From: Piptocephalis cylindrospora
Lineage: Eukaryota
Direction: 5' to 3'
DNA length: 35,748 bases
Assembly: GCA_003614145.1 (NCBI GenBank)
Contig: KZ987736.1
Coordinates: 1-35,748, forward strand
Positions within the stretch are counted from its first letter, which is position 1, and each line of letters starts with the position of its first letter. Both the position numbers and the translations under genes were made by a program. The notes beneath the pieces are model-generated. The model saw only the letters and a program-made list of their open reading frames with translations. It did not search any database and was not told the DNA's origin. This document shows positions 1-13,001 of the stretch, in pieces.

Positions 1-180
1 TATCTCTTTTTTCGTTTATTCAGACTGATAAGTCGTTCAGCTCCTGGTGTAGCTTCCCTCCCCCCCCCCTCCCCCCTCCCCCCTCACTCCCCACCATCAG
101 ATTTGCGTGGTCCTGGTATCCCTGGCTGGAACCGTTACCTCCTCCTCATTACGCTCCCCTACATCTTTTTGAAAGAAAGG

Positions 181-1239
181 ATGGATTCTACTTACATAAA
201 TCATCGCCGTAAGGCCTCCCTCCCCGCTCAGCATCTCTTCCCACCAGAGGCTTATTGTGTATCGGCCAAGGATTGCCCCCCGATGCGTCAGCGCTCCACT
301 TCCTCCCCCAACGTCTTAATCCATGTGACCACCGAGGAGAATTCAAAGCCTCGAGGCCTTCGATCCCTATGGACTCGTATCATCACTCCCTTCAAGAAGT
401 CTCAGCATGATCCCTCCGATCTAGTCAGGGATAAAAGGGAAAAAGCAGTAGTTCGGCATCCCTTAAAGGAACCTATCGTCCTTCACCCTCTCCTGGAACA
501 GGCTTCCTCTACATCCTCTATCCGGTCAGGTTCTATGGGATCAGCTAATTATCATGAAGTGGCCTTGGGTGATTTTCATTATCTAGGAGCTCCTGATAGA
601 GATCCGCTACTGCCTACCCAAGTTGCATCCTCCATCTATCCTAAAGATTACGTCTCATCTTCCCATCTCAAAGAGGTTGTTTATACGTCAAAGGTACAAG
701 AAGGCACCTCCCTAATGTGGCCGAGGTCCCGAAGGGCCAGCTCCATCACCGAAGCACCTGTGTCCCCCAGGGATATGACATTTGATGTGCCTCCCCTGCC
801 ATCCAAGGCCTCCTCCAACTTTGAGGCACCTGTCTCCCCCAGCGACCCAAGATTTGCCAATATCCCAGAGACATCCAAAAACAGGACCAGCACTATGTCT
901 GATGAGCCAAAGCTGTCTTTTATCCGTTTTGACAGTGAAGCTCATCAACCTTCTGTTCCTGGTCTTGTTCTTCTGCCTCAATCTTCCTCCTCGCTAGGGA
1001 AGAATGAGGTAAATAGCCCCGCGGATAGCCTCTGCTACTGCCCCCGTTCTAGCCCTAGTACTGAAGAGGCCGAAGAGGTCTCCACCCCGCCTTCTGAGGA
1101 TCGCCCAGCCCTTGGGCGTCAAGAGACCAAGGTCATTCGGGTTACCAAGAGCCATCTCGCCCTTGTCCCTAATCGCGCTGTCATTTGGGAGTTTTCCTCC
1201 ACCAAATCCCCTTACATTGGGCACGAACCCACAGGTTAA
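181..1239 (+). CDS. Hypothetical Ser/Pro-rich protein (352 aa from the first ATG), no recognisable domain
   Basis: Long ORF (103..1239 from TTG; first ATG at 181) after a pyrimidine-rich leader, ending TAA. Contains an internal 24-aa duplication (EAPVSP x2). No family motif recognised. Confidence 0.65.
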   Translation: MDSTYINHRRKASLPAQHLFPPEAYCVSAKDCPPMRQRSTSSPNVLIHVTTEENSKPRGLRSLWTRIITPFKKSQHDPSDLVRDKREKAVVRHPLKEPIVLHPLLEQASSTSSIRSGSMGSANYHEVALGDFHYLGAPDRDPLLPTQVASSIYPKDYVSSSHLKEVVYTSKVQEGTSLMWPRSRRASSITEAPVSPRDMTFDVPPLPSKASSNFEAPVSPSDPRFANIPETSKNRTSTMSDEPKLSFIRFDSEAHQPSVPGLVLLPQSSSSLGKNEVNSPADSLCYCPRSSPSTEEAEEVSTPPSEDRPALGRQETKVIRVTKSHLALVPNRAVIWEFSSTKSPYIGHEPTG

Positions 1240-2414
1240 AGCCAAGGAAGGAGCGTGTGGGGTTGAACTAAGGAAAGGCAGAGGCCCAGATCGTCAGTCT
1301 TGATTATCCCGCACTCTACCAGTCTCACGCACGGAAAATATATAGTGGCTTTTTTCATCATCATCACATGCTTCTCAATGTTTGTTTTGATTTTTCCAAG
1401 CGGCCCTTAAACCAGCGCAGAAGCAGAGAAGATCGCGGGAGACTTCAGGGGGTCATCCTGGAGGCCAAAGCCGCTCCTTTTCTCTCACTCTCACATCACT
1501 TCTGACTAGAGTGTGTAAAGATGAATATTCCCTTCCCTTTAAGCGACTGGATGGTAGAGTATCACCTGATCGTCAACAGGACTTCTTCTCTTCCCTGTTT
1601 ATTGGTGCCCAATTATAGTACCCTTTCAACCTTGATTTTACCCGGCCCCTTTTTTCATTACTTGTTCTCTCTACGGATAAATCAGCCATCCAGCCCTATT
1701 CCCTTCGTTGGAATCCTGGAGATAAGTGGACAAATGAAAAGACGCACGGAAAGGTGACCAGGAGATTAGCTTGCCCTCTTATTCTGATTCGATCCCAGAT
1801 ATGTCTCTTGGTATGGACACTGGCCTAAATGAAATGCTTCATGAAGCGAGGGAATATGACCTATTTTCCCAATGATCTCTCCAGTTGGGCAGGGGAAAGT
1901 GGGGTAGGGATTGGAGGGCGGGGTATATTCTAATGTGTGCATGCGTGTATGTGTGTGCCTCTTACTTGTGCTTCTAGTCGTCTATGTCTCCTCTTGCCCC
2001 TCTCTTCACTGGCTATGCCCATTCCTTGAACGGGATCAGTCGCCCTTCCCCCTATCACACCACTGTCTCGTCCTACCTTGCGCCAACCTTGACATGCCTC
2101 TCTGTACTGTCTCCTTGCCGCCCCCCCTTCCATCTCCTTACGGATCCTAATTCTGCGCCATGGACCGCTGAATGCACTTTAGCTTGGCCTCTGGATCCGA
2201 TAAGCATTTCTTTGCCGTTCGCTTTAGCCGAAGGCACCCTCTCCCTCCCTTCCTCATCTACTTTCCCATGTGTTCCCCATCCGAACACAACGTGCTCATC
2301 TTACCATCATCCCTCCCATATCCCCACACACATCCATATCACGCTTGTACCCTAGTCTCCCTGGCTCCTCTTTTCGACCCTACCTGCCCCCCCAGCCTCC
2401 ATCCCATTCCTTCG

Positions 2415-2418
2415 CACA

Positions 2419-2457
<39 letters not shown>
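2415..2457. repeat. (CA)n microsatellite with one TA interruption
   Basis: Directly visible cacacacacatacacaca... tract. Confidence 0.95.
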
Positions 2458-2460
<3 letters not shown>

Positions 2461-3157
2461 TTGTGCTCACCACCCCAAAAAGCCCCACCATCATCCTCGC
2501 TTCACCCGTCTTGCCTGCCCACCCCCCGCAGCACCCGCCACATTGAAAGCCCGATCCCCCTCGTACTCTCCTCTTCCTTCCCTCTCTTGTCTCCTCTCCG
2601 TTCTCCTCCTTCTCTTTCCCCTTCACTCTTTCCCCTCCCTTGATCTTCCCTTCCCCAAGCCTCACTCCTGTCCGTCTCCAACGTACCCTTCTTTCCCCTC
2701 CCCTTCCTTCCACCCCTCCCCTTTCTGTGTCTCCCTTGTCTTTCCCGCAGTTCTGCCCGCTTCTCTTTTTTTGCGCTTCCACCTCCCCCTCTCCCGCCCA
2801 TCTACTGGTCACCGCCTCTCTCCTCACCCCCATCTTGTCTTGGCCCTTCTTCTGCCATTGTTTGTGCTTGTTCACTTTTTCTCCCACGTCCCCATATTCT
2901 TCGTCTCTTCCCTCCCCCTCTCTACCTCGTTGCTCCTGCTGGTGTTCAATACCCACTTGCACTTTCTTGATCTCCCTTCTCTCCCCCCATTGTACCCTGA
3001 TCATCTACCTTGGATCACTGACAGATTTCTATATCTCATTCCCACCTCATCCGTCCCCTCACATCCACTCACATACCTTTAGGCTCTTTCAATCTCATCC
3101 CTTCCCCCCTTTCCATCAGCCACTTCTCCCTTCCTCAGTGATCCCATCTCCTGGCTG

Positions 3158-6100
3158 ATGACGGCACCAAAGCCCGTGCCCGTGTCCTCGGCCAAGGAAC
3201 TTGACCGTGAGCTCCACCAGCTCATCCTTCTCTTCAAAGACCGTGAAAGTGAGCAGAATTGGGAAAAGCGAGACAAGGCCTGGCACCACCTCCGGGGAAT
3301 CCTCCGCGCAGGGGCTCACGAGGAGTACTCTGACGTTTTTCTCTCCCACGCTAAAACACTCCTCGAAGCCCTTTACTCCTCCATGCATAGTCTTCGTACC
3401 ACTTTGTCCATGACCGCCATCGCCGTCTGCCATGACCTCGCTTCCCATCTCACTACCGCTCTGGATCCCTTCCTTGAGCCCTTCCTCAATAACCTTCTCA
3501 AGGCATCAAATTCCTCCAAGAAACTCATCTGGCAAGCCTCCTCCGCTGCTACAAATACCCTCCTACGTAATACCTCATATCATATCCGTACCCTCAACTC
3601 CCTTCATCTTGCCTATCAGGATAAAAATGTCCAGCTGCGCATGATTGCCTCCGACCATCTCAAGACCCTTCTCCAGGCCCATGGCCAATCCCGTCATGAT
3701 GCTATCGAACGTACAGGCGGCGCCGACGTTATCGACAAGTGTCTCCGTCGGGGCGTCGAGGATTCCTCCTCCATCACCCGTGAGACCAATCGGGTTACTT
3801 TTGTCCTTTTCTGGGAGCTTTGGCAGCCAAGGGCCCAAAAGTAAGTGCTTAAGGAGGGAATGTGCAGTGTCGGCTCTAAGAGATGAATATCCATGATCTG
3901 AACACATGAACATCTTGGCTCCCGGGGACAAGCATCATGAAAAATCCTCTGCCTTGACTCATCTCCTCCCCACTTTCTATAGATTACTTAATAGTATGGA
4001 TACTTCCACCAAAAAATCCTTGATTCGTCAACTTGGAAAGCTTTATTCAGCCTCCACGGCCGGGGTTATCCCTTCTAAGAGACCGCCTATAAGGTCTGGG
4101 CCTACTCACTCAAACCTCCCCTCCTCCTCCTCTTCCTCCTCCTCGACCGCTAATCGAACTGGCAATGGAAGGGATAAAGTTGGGTCCACTAGTCGTACTG
4201 GGCCCTCCGTCCGGCCCGCTCTCTCCCGAACTACCTCAGGTTCCTCATCTACCTCCTCCTCCTCTTCCTCCTCCTCCACCTCGACCTCCTCAATAAGATC
4301 TACCCTCTCTCGCCCCACAACATCCACGGGTCATGCCCGGACCACCGGAACTAGTGCTACTCTAGGGAAAAAGGCCACGGCCACCCGATCTAGGTCAGCG
4401 AATGGTGATGAAAGAGGTTTGGTGGTCGCGAATGGTCGGACCCTTGCCTCGGTGGATCGTCGAGTTGGTGCCCTGAGGACCCGGGATGGTACCACGCTTC
4501 CCCCAAGACCCTCATCCTCTTTGGCCTCTGCCACCACCGTCCGGAAGAGTCGATCTCCCCCTAGGCCCGCTACCCGTGCTAGTATCAGGACCATCACAGC
4601 CACTGCCAATGGTGACTATGGAGACGAGGAGGAGTATGAGGGGGAAGAAGGGGAGGATGGATTGGATGGGATGGGAGTCAGAGGAGGGTACCGGGGATTT
4701 TCAGAGGATGACGAGGGGGATTACGGTGGAGATCCACGAGTTCGTGGGACCGCTCGAGCCCTAGCCAATGGAACTTCCCGTCGGGGTCCTCCTCCTTCCG
4801 CCGGCCCTAGACATATGGGTAAATCTGCCACTGGAGGGGTAACCAGTCATGGTAGGGCCATGTCTCCACCAAACCGTAGGGGAGGGCCCCCTCCCAACCC
4901 TCGTACTGTCTCTTCCTCCCCTCCGGCCCCTAGGGCTCGGATATCGGCCCTGGGCCGTACTCTTTCCTCCTCTCCCCCGCTCAATCGAGTTCAAGTCCAT
5001 GGAGCTGGTGGGTCTAGAGGTATGGTTCACTCCCTCACCAACTCCTCCATGAGACCACTTTCCCCAGGAACCCTACCCTCTGGTCAAAGGGCTCGGGCAG
5101 GTCTTCCAGGGCGGAGGCCTGTATCGGCCTCTAGTGTCAATCGCCCCTCCAGCCCAGCTCACTCCCTTTCTCCTTCCCCCTCCCGGGGTATCCGAAGTGG
5201 ATCGGTTACCCCTCAGCGTATGGGCTCCCCCCTACCCCTGATTCCGGGTAAGTTGGGTTTACATCCCAAACTCCCTGCTCCCCTCACCCAACGAAGGCCC
5301 TCCTCCAGCCTTGGCACTCGTCGACTTCCTCTGGTGGAGCAACTTCGTCATGGAGATTGGCATGTAAGGCTCGAGGGTCTCTTGGAACTGGCCATCATGG
5401 TGTCTGCTGAGGGAAGCTCATTTGATGCCCTGGTCTCCGCCAAAGCCCTACCTCCCCCGGATATCCTTTCCCCCGTTCTTTTGGGCCTCTACACTGATCC
5501 GCACGAGGAGGTCATCGAGGAGGTGTGTGTAGCTGAGAATGTTGAAGTCGTCACTCAGGTCCTTTCTCTGGAACACATCCTTATCCGTATCCTTGCCCTT
5601 TACCTCCCCGAGGAATTGGAAGGGAAGAAGAGTACGGGAAATGGGATGAGGAGACGATTGATGGGTTCTGACTTTCCCGGTTCCCTTCCCCCCTCCCCCT
5701 CCCCTTGCCCCTCTCCGGCTTCAGCCTCCTCCTCTTGCTCCTCTTCCTCCTCCTCCCTGGAAAATACCTCAGTTCTTGGTATGGTACCGAGCGCCGCGGC
5801 TACAGCTACCCTTCGTCGACTTCGCGTCAACTTGTGTGATTCTACCATTGCTCCGGCCCTGTGCAAGGCCTTGGTCAACTCGGGTACTGGAAGCTCCTTG
5901 GTGGGCGGTATGAGTGGGACGGCCAGGAGAAAGGTTCTTCTTGGGGTCGTGAGGTGGATGGGTGAACTGACCGATCGGGCCGTCTCCTCCGATCTCGGGG
6001 ATCATCTTCGCGATGCCAAGCTTTACTTTGAGGAGCCTGCCCATCTTAAACTCTACCTCACCCGTCTCTTCCCCCTCCTTGCCACCACTGCCGAGGGAAG

Positions 6101-7507
6101 CGCGGTCTATGGGCCTCTCGTGGATGTGGTGGCCAATCTTCGATGCTGTCATGAAGATATCTTTGAGCAGGTTCTCTATTCTTTTGACGAAGCCGTGGTC
6201 CAAAGAGTATGTGAGGCGGTTGGCCTCATCGAGGAAGAGGGTGAGGAGGGCACTGGAAGAGATCTCGAGGGGGATGTGTGGATGGGTGATGGACCCAAGC
6301 CCGTCAAGACCGACCCTTCTCATCCTTCTTGTACGGATGGATCCAGGGATGTGGATATGGGCTCTGAAGCGGTCGATTCGGCTTCCTCGTCTCACGGTGG
6401 TGGTGGTGGTGGAGGCATTGTCTCTCCACCTCTCTCTGGCGAATCCTTAGAGAAGCAAGGTACATTGTCTTTTCTTCTTTCTTTCCCCTCTATGTACTCT
6501 GCCTATCCATCCTGACTCACTCATCACCTCAATGTATAGGACATCAAACTTTTAGTACTGCGAGTACCCCGGTGGAGGAGATGATGGAATCCCTACAGAC
6601 GGGTAAAGCCGGGAGGATGGAGTTCCGCAGGTGTCTTCGGCTGGCAAGGGACACATCCGTCTCCACCCATCCCAAGGAAGCTGAGGAGTCCTGGGGAGTG
6701 GATGGTGAAACATTTTATCCTTTTATTACCGCTCTTCTCGCCTACATGGCCCAGGCTATTCTTCCCCCCGTAGGTGGCCAACGGGTCCCAGAGGAGGGAA
6801 AGGAGTACGCCTTATCCCTGGTCCGACAATTCCTCGAGACTCAGACCGAGTATGTCATGCTTCATGCCCAGGACGTCCTATCCACCCTCATTGCTTATCG
6901 GGGGCTCAAGGATTCTTCCGTGTCTGCCATGGCTGACGAGACCCTCATGGTCTTTACCGAACGTTTGGACAAGGCCGTGGTCCTCTCCACTACCTTGGAC
7001 CTCCTCACCACCCTCATCCACGATCCCCATCCCCATACATCCCTCAATGGCATGATGGCCGCTGCTGCTGCCGCATCTGCCCAAGATGCCTCCTCCCTCT
7101 GCTCCCCTATCTCCCCCAACTCCCTTACCTCACACCTTCCTCCTGATGCCTCCTCGGTCCTCCCATGCATCTTCTCTTCCCTTGCTCTCCTCCTCGAGCG
7201 CTATCGACTTGCCTCGCCCGATGAAGATCCTATGACTGATAGCGATCTTGAGCGCATTGCCTCTCTCTCCACAGATGTACGTTGTTTTACCGCTTTTTGT
7301 TAGTGGCCTGATCACCTAATGACTCACTCCTTTTTCTCTCTTGCTCAGGGATTCAATCATCATGAACCAGAGACGAGAAAAACGGCGGTAGAAACCCTAG
7401 TGGCCCTGTATGACGTGGTAGGGGATGGAATGTGGGGTTTCTTAGAAGATCTGACTGCGCCTCAGACCAAACTGCTTGAGGCCTTTTTGAACAAGGCTCG
7501 GGATTGA
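3158..7507 (+). CDS. STU1: CLASP/Stu1-family microtubule-associated TOG/HEAT protein (~1351 aa). Exons 3158-3840, 3983-6459, 6540-7276, 7349-7507
   Basis: N-terminal CLASP_N-type motifs (ESEQNWEKRD, SLRTTLS, SSKKLI), a long basic S/R/P-rich linker, HEAT-like repeats (LRHGDWHVRLEGL) and a C-terminal PETRKTAVETLVALY. Three GT-AG introns join four ORFs in frame. Confidence 0.88.
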
Positions 7508-7752
7508 GCGTTGCTTCTGTGATAGCATCGCGTAGAGAGAAGAGAAGATAAGCTGATGGTGTGCGTCAAGGCGCGTGATGTGTGTGTATGGTCCCCATAC
7601 CATGCGGTCCTGTCCTTTTCCCCATTACCCTTGGAAAGGTAAGAAGCTTCACTACACAGAAGGCGGTTATCCATGGGGACCATGGGGAGAGGGGACCGGG
7701 TGTGTATATAAATCCCAATACATTTTGAATCCCCGAGTGTTGGGTACATCCC

Positions 7753-7791
<39 letters not shown>

Positions 7792-7901
7792 CTTTCTTTC
7801 CCTTCTACATACCTCAACTCAGCTTTCTTGTAGCAGGGCCATAAATGATCATGAAAATTCGCCTAGTAACATGATCCAGAGTACACAAGAATAGGAATAG
7901 T

Positions 7902-8592
7902 CTATTGAGCAGGAGATAGGGTCAGGAGAAGACGGAAGCACTCGAGAAGGGTGGCTTCCTCCGTCCGGCGGGCTTGATCGATCAATCGGTCCACGACCCC
8001 TGTAGCTGTCTGGGTGGAAGGCCGAGGACGTTTCGGTTCCCTGCCAGACCCATCCTGAATATCATGAGAAAAGGAGCATCGATCTCCATTTCGACATTGT
8101 CCTCGCTTACGAAAGTATCGGCAGGGACGGCTTGCGGCTCGTTTTGTTTGTGAGGATGAAGCGATGGTCTCTGTCGACACATCTTTCTCTCCCATAGCTC
8201 GCTGGGTCTCCTCTATGGCCTTCTTAGCCTCCTCCTTGGCTTGGATATTGGCCTGGGAGGGCCAATGCTTTCTCCTAGCCTCCCTCCAAGCCGCTACTTC
8301 TTCGGGTGTGTTGAGGCTGGGAATCTTTGTCATAGACGACCCAGGTCTACTGCGGTCATTGGGCTATTCCAACGGGGACGGGGGTGGGATGAGTTATGAG
8401 CACAAGGTGAAAACGAAAAGGCGTAGAATGTGATACTTTTCTGTTTGGTCTATTGCCTTGTGCTCTACCAGGCATGGTGGCCTTGCCTCGGGATGATGAG
8501 GCTTTATCCCGGGAGGAAGCAGCCTTCCCAGATGGTGGTGGTGGTGGTCGAAAGATGTATGGTTTGGAAGGGTCAGGGGACGGAGAGGACAT
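7902..8592 (-). CDS. NUFIP1/Rsa1-family box C/D snoRNP assembly factor with a CCCH zinc finger (~205 aa). Exons 8592-8437, 8363-7902
   Basis: NUFIP1-type motif LNTPEEVAAWREARRKHWPS. CCCH finger C-x8-C-x5-C-x3-H (CRYFRKRGQCRNGDRCSFSH). A 73-nt GTATCA...ATAG intron links the two ORFs in frame. Confidence 0.82.
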
Positions 8593-8924
8593 ATTGGCGA
8601 AGGGGGGAGGAAAGAAAGAGCGGAGTGATTAAGAGAGTAGAGTATGTTTTCTTTTTTCCCTGTTTACTACTATTACTACTACCACTTTTTCCTATCAGTA
8701 TGACTGGATATCTACATGCAGGGCATTTGACAAAAATATGAGGTTATTATTGCTCCATGACACATCCAAAGTGAATTACATTCCTCTATTTGGACAATTA
8801 TTAGTATGTTCATGTAAAATGGAAATTCATCCTAAACTGGCACTATCATAATATATCATACATTTGACAATGAAGAAAGGGGACGATCCCTCACAGCTAT
8901 TTGGCCTTTCCATCCCAGCACCAC

Positions 8925-11005
8925 CTACACAATATCATCCTCCTCATCCTCCTCATCCTCTGAATAGCCAAGCCCATCAGCATTGGAAGGAAATGAACCA
9001 TCTTGGGGCTCTTGATGGTCTTTCCGAAGAGAGGCCAAGACATTCTGTTGCCATGCCTCAGGTCGATTGTAGGGAAAGACTTGGTATTGACCCAGGGAGT
9101 TGCCTTGGGAGTCACAGTGAAAGGGCTCAAAGCAGTACTGACAGAAGAAGCAAGGGGTCTCCCCGCTCATCACATCATTAATAGTGACGTACCTAGGGAT
9201 AATAAGTGGAACGGATCAGAAGGATGGAGGTGTTGGTGATCTCAGACAAGAGCACTTACTCTGCGGGATAATTATTACAGATCCGACACCGATGCCTTGC
9301 GAGTTTCCCACGAAACAACACCATGGGATAGGGATTCTCACTGTCCCGAATGGCGCTTGCATGGGTAATCCTAGGAGATAAAAGGGAATGTGAGCTTGCC
9401 CGTTCCTCTCTTTCATCCCTTTTTCATTCCCTGACTCACTTAGCATCTAGGAAGGAAATATAATGCTCACAATGACCTTGATGACACAGGAGGTAAGGAA
9501 CACCAAAGCGAAGGGGGACGTGGCCTAGAGGAGTTTCAAGATCCCCAGTGGAGTAGGGACCTGGAGGTTCAACCTGACCTTCACGTCCGGGCTCACTAGC
9601 CCACTCAATGATCTTCCTATTTGGAGGGAAAAGACAAGCATGGTGAGTGATGGTGATTGGGAATTGAGCCAAGGGAGCTGCACGAACCTAGACATATCCT
9701 CTGGGATAGATCCGTCAAGACGAGCCCGAGTATCATTGTAAAAGATGCCCTCCACAAAGAGAAAAGCCCCTTCATTGGACAGCTTTGTCTCCGAGGAATT
9801 CGCTTCATCTTCCAATAGGACCTCAGGAATACCCTCCCCGGATAGACAGTCAAGAACCTCAAGGACAGCCGAGAGAGGCTGAGAGGCAGAAAGGGCCAGT
9901 TCCTGCCGTCGATGGGTCATAGACGGTGTGGTGAATATGGCCATGTAAACGATTGCATTAGCCTCCCCAGGTCCCAAGTCCCGCGTAGAGATGGGCGGTG
10001 AGGGGCCCTGTGCGCCCAGATAATTGACCTCTGGTCTTTTCCGTAGCTCCACCTTGGTGGTTTCATCGGTCAGGGTAGCTAAAGATGTCTTTTCTAGTCT
10101 ATGTGCAAGCTCCATACACTCGGGATCTTGTATAAGCCCTAAATTACTGTCCCTCTGAGAATTACTGGGGGTTCCAGAGTTCCTCGGGAGTTGAAGGTCT
10201 CTTGGGGGATCTGATGCAACGGGTGTATTTGTCGAGGGGTTGGATGACTTTATCCTCTTGGTCGCAGGATAGTATGTACCAGTCTTGGTTGTAGATGTCG
10301 ACGAAACCGGTAAGCCTTCTCCTTCCGGGACATGACCTAGATGACTCTTGAGCCTAGCACTTCGTCGTAAGGGATATCTAGACTGAGTGGTGGGAGGTGG
10401 ATGTTCCATGGAAATATCCTCTGACCCATCCTCAGTCCGTTCAGAGGAGATGGCTGTAGAGGAGGCAACAGTCTGAACTTGATGTGAGCTTACCCGTTCA
10501 GTCTGAGCCCCACCCGTTTCATGTTCTCTAGAACTTTCCTCTCTACGTCGCTTCACTTCTTCCATCCGTCGCGCCGTCTCCTTGGCCACCATGGAAATAA
10601 GCTGGTCCCGCGGGATTTTAGGGCCTGCAGCATCCTCTGACACTGAGAAGCTCGGATTGGTAAAGAGAAATGTGGGGATTTGAAGGGATGTATCCAGGCT
10701 ATGTAGAGGAAGACTGATCAGTAAGGATCATGGGTTTACGAGCGTTACTTTTATCGCCCGGTCAAAACTTATGTGACGTCCACATACGTGCATGCCTCGG
10801 AAAGACCGTTTCTCTCTTGAGAGGAAAATGTATGGAGAAGAGTGTTGGACCGATCGTACGTAGCATGGATGACCTCGGTGTACCGGTTGACCTCTCGGGT
10901 GACGTGATGAAGGGGAGCCTGGTACACAGGATCCTTGACTTTGGTCTTTCCAGCCTGCCGACCCCGTTGCTTATTGGGCTGTTGAGGGGACGAGCCACCT
11001 CCCAT
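8925..11005 (-). CDS. SNAPC3: snRNA-activating protein complex subunit 3 (SNAP50) homologue (~594 aa). Exons 11005-10788, 10698-9688, 9616-9440, 9370-9260, 9192-8925
   Basis: The spliced product has the SNAP50 C-terminal signatures FLFVEGIFYND, LRFGVPYLLCHQGHCEH, RCRIC and PCFFCQYCFEPFH...YQVFPY. All four introns are GT-AG and keep frame. Confidence 0.88.
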
Positions 11006-11848
11006 GGTCAATTGTGGATGGAAAGGGAATAGTGTGAAGTGAGGTGGGGATAAAGAAGCCTCGATCAGAGTTCAGATGGGTCTTGGGACGAGTGCAAGAC
11101 CTGATAAGGACAGCCAAGGTGAATGATCAACAATAACACACTCAGACTCCCTACCGCCTGAATGAGATCACTTTTGGTCAGGTTAGCGCCGTGCGCTTTT
11201 CAAAAATATGCCCCAAAACTAGTATTTTCGACAATAATTTTCAACCCACACACACTGGGAGAGGGAGGTTGTAGGATGAAGGGCAGTGATGGTGAAAATC
11301 AACCTAGCATGCGCGCACTGTGCTTCATATCGTGTGCTCACCCTCAGCCTCCTCCTCACCTGTGCGACCATCTACGGCCGCACAGAAACCAGAAAGGGGC
11401 AGGACGGGCCGGGACAGTCTCTCTCCTTGCTGACACATACCATACACACCATAATGAGGAAGCATCTCGCAATAGGCGAGGGCGCCTTCAGTTACCCCCT
11501 CATCCCCCTGTAAAGTCAGAGGCACACTGTGGAAGCTGTGTCCATCTCACACTCTACCTATCGGCTCATAGTAATGTGGGAAGGCGCACGATGGTGTTCT
11601 TGATGAAAAGGGAACACGCACATACCTTTTGCCTGATATCATCATTGTCGCGGTAGAGCCGATTGTTGTGGAAGGCCCTGGAAGTATGAGGCAGAGTTTA
11701 AGATAAATAGGCACGGTGAATCTATTCGAGAACGACCAGGCTTCCTCATCTCCTCCCCCTCTCCTCCTCCTCGAACCTCAAACTCACTTTCCCTCCATCC
11801 TACTGTCATCCTTCTCCGCAGAACTAACCTCTTCCCACTCCCGTTGAT

Positions 11849-12530
11849 ATGATCAAGGATATTTTCGTCAACTACATTGATTGGTCGCAACCCTCGTTGT
11901 TAGTGGCCATGGCATCCATCTGCTTCAACCCGCTCTTTTGGAACATTGCTGCCCGGCAGGGTAAATGAAGCATCCTTAAAACCCATTTTCCATTCATCTA
12001 CTCATGCCCATTCCCATTCCCGTTCCATAGAGTACAGGACTCATATCATCACGCGTCTAGCCGGAGGGAATGCCAGATGGGGATGCTACGCTTTGGCCAT
12101 CACGATTTTTTCCCTCGGTATCTTCCGAGATTCGTTGTACCATACAGCCATGCAGCATCAACCCACACACCCAGAGCTGGATTATGTAGAGGTCAAGGTA
12201 GTTGCAGGGATCCTCTTCCTCGTTGGGAACACCCTCGTCCTTTCCTCCATGTGGGCCCTTGGTCTAACCGGCACTTACCTGGGAGACTACTTTGGGATCC
12301 TGATGGATGCTAAGGTCACGGGGTTTCCATTTAACATCACCGATAACCCCATGTACCAGGGCTCCACCATGTCCTTCCTCGCCGCTGCTCTCTGGTATGG
12401 CTCCCCCGCCGGTGTTGTTCTCACCGGTCTTGTTCACATTGTCTATACCCTTGCCCTGGGCTTTGAGGAGCCCTTTACTTCGATGATCTATAGTAAGCGT
12501 GATACTCGTCGATCAGCCAAGACTGAATGA
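11849..12530 (+). CDS. OPI3: Phospholipid (methylene-fatty-acyl / PMME-PDME) N-methyltransferase, Opi3/PEMT family (~203 aa). Exons 11849-11960, 12031-12530
   Basis: Motifs FNPLFWNIAARQEY, LGLTGTYLGDYFGILM, VTGFPFN, NPMYQGS and EEPFT..IY. One 70-nt GT-AG intron. Confidence 0.93.
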
Positions 12531-13001
12531 TGCTGATGAGGAGTGAATAAGAGGACAGAGCGGTGCTAAAAATGAATTGGACGACCTTGATCTATGCTAA
12601 TTTAATGCGAGCTACGCTCACTGCTTCCTCATCTGGAACAGGGTACGTCTACCCTGATGACCACCCCATCAAGGAAGATTACGTTTCATCCGCCCTTTCT
12701 TACTCCTTCTCCCATGGATGAAAATCATCATCCAGCTAAATCAACCACTTCCGCAGTGTCGGTCGAAAATACACACCTCTAAAAAAAACCACCAATTTCC
12801 ACAATATGCATCTTACTTTTCCGAACCGCGCGTATTTTGCACACAGCCTTTGGTGGCATATCTGGTGCTCCCCACCCGTCTCTCAGCACAAAGAAAAGGA
12901 GTGGAGTCTTCCGATTCTCGGATCCTACAGGAAGACCATCGCCCATTCTCTTGTCCATCTTCATAACAACAACACACGCGTGTTTCCCCTGTTTGTCCAG
13001 C

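Noticed and set aside
1758..1780. GAGATTAGC resembling U6 snRNA
   Set aside because: No ACAGAGA box and no other U6 sequence.
2172..3158. ORFs of 120-270 aa upstream of STU1
   Set aside because: They arise from stop-poor CT/CA low-complexity sequence and give no protein-like signal.
12527..12665. Two CTGATGA motifs (hammerhead ribozyme or C/D snoRNA?)
   Set aside because: No GAAA core with matching stems, and no terminal stem or recognisable guide; likely plain 3' UTR.
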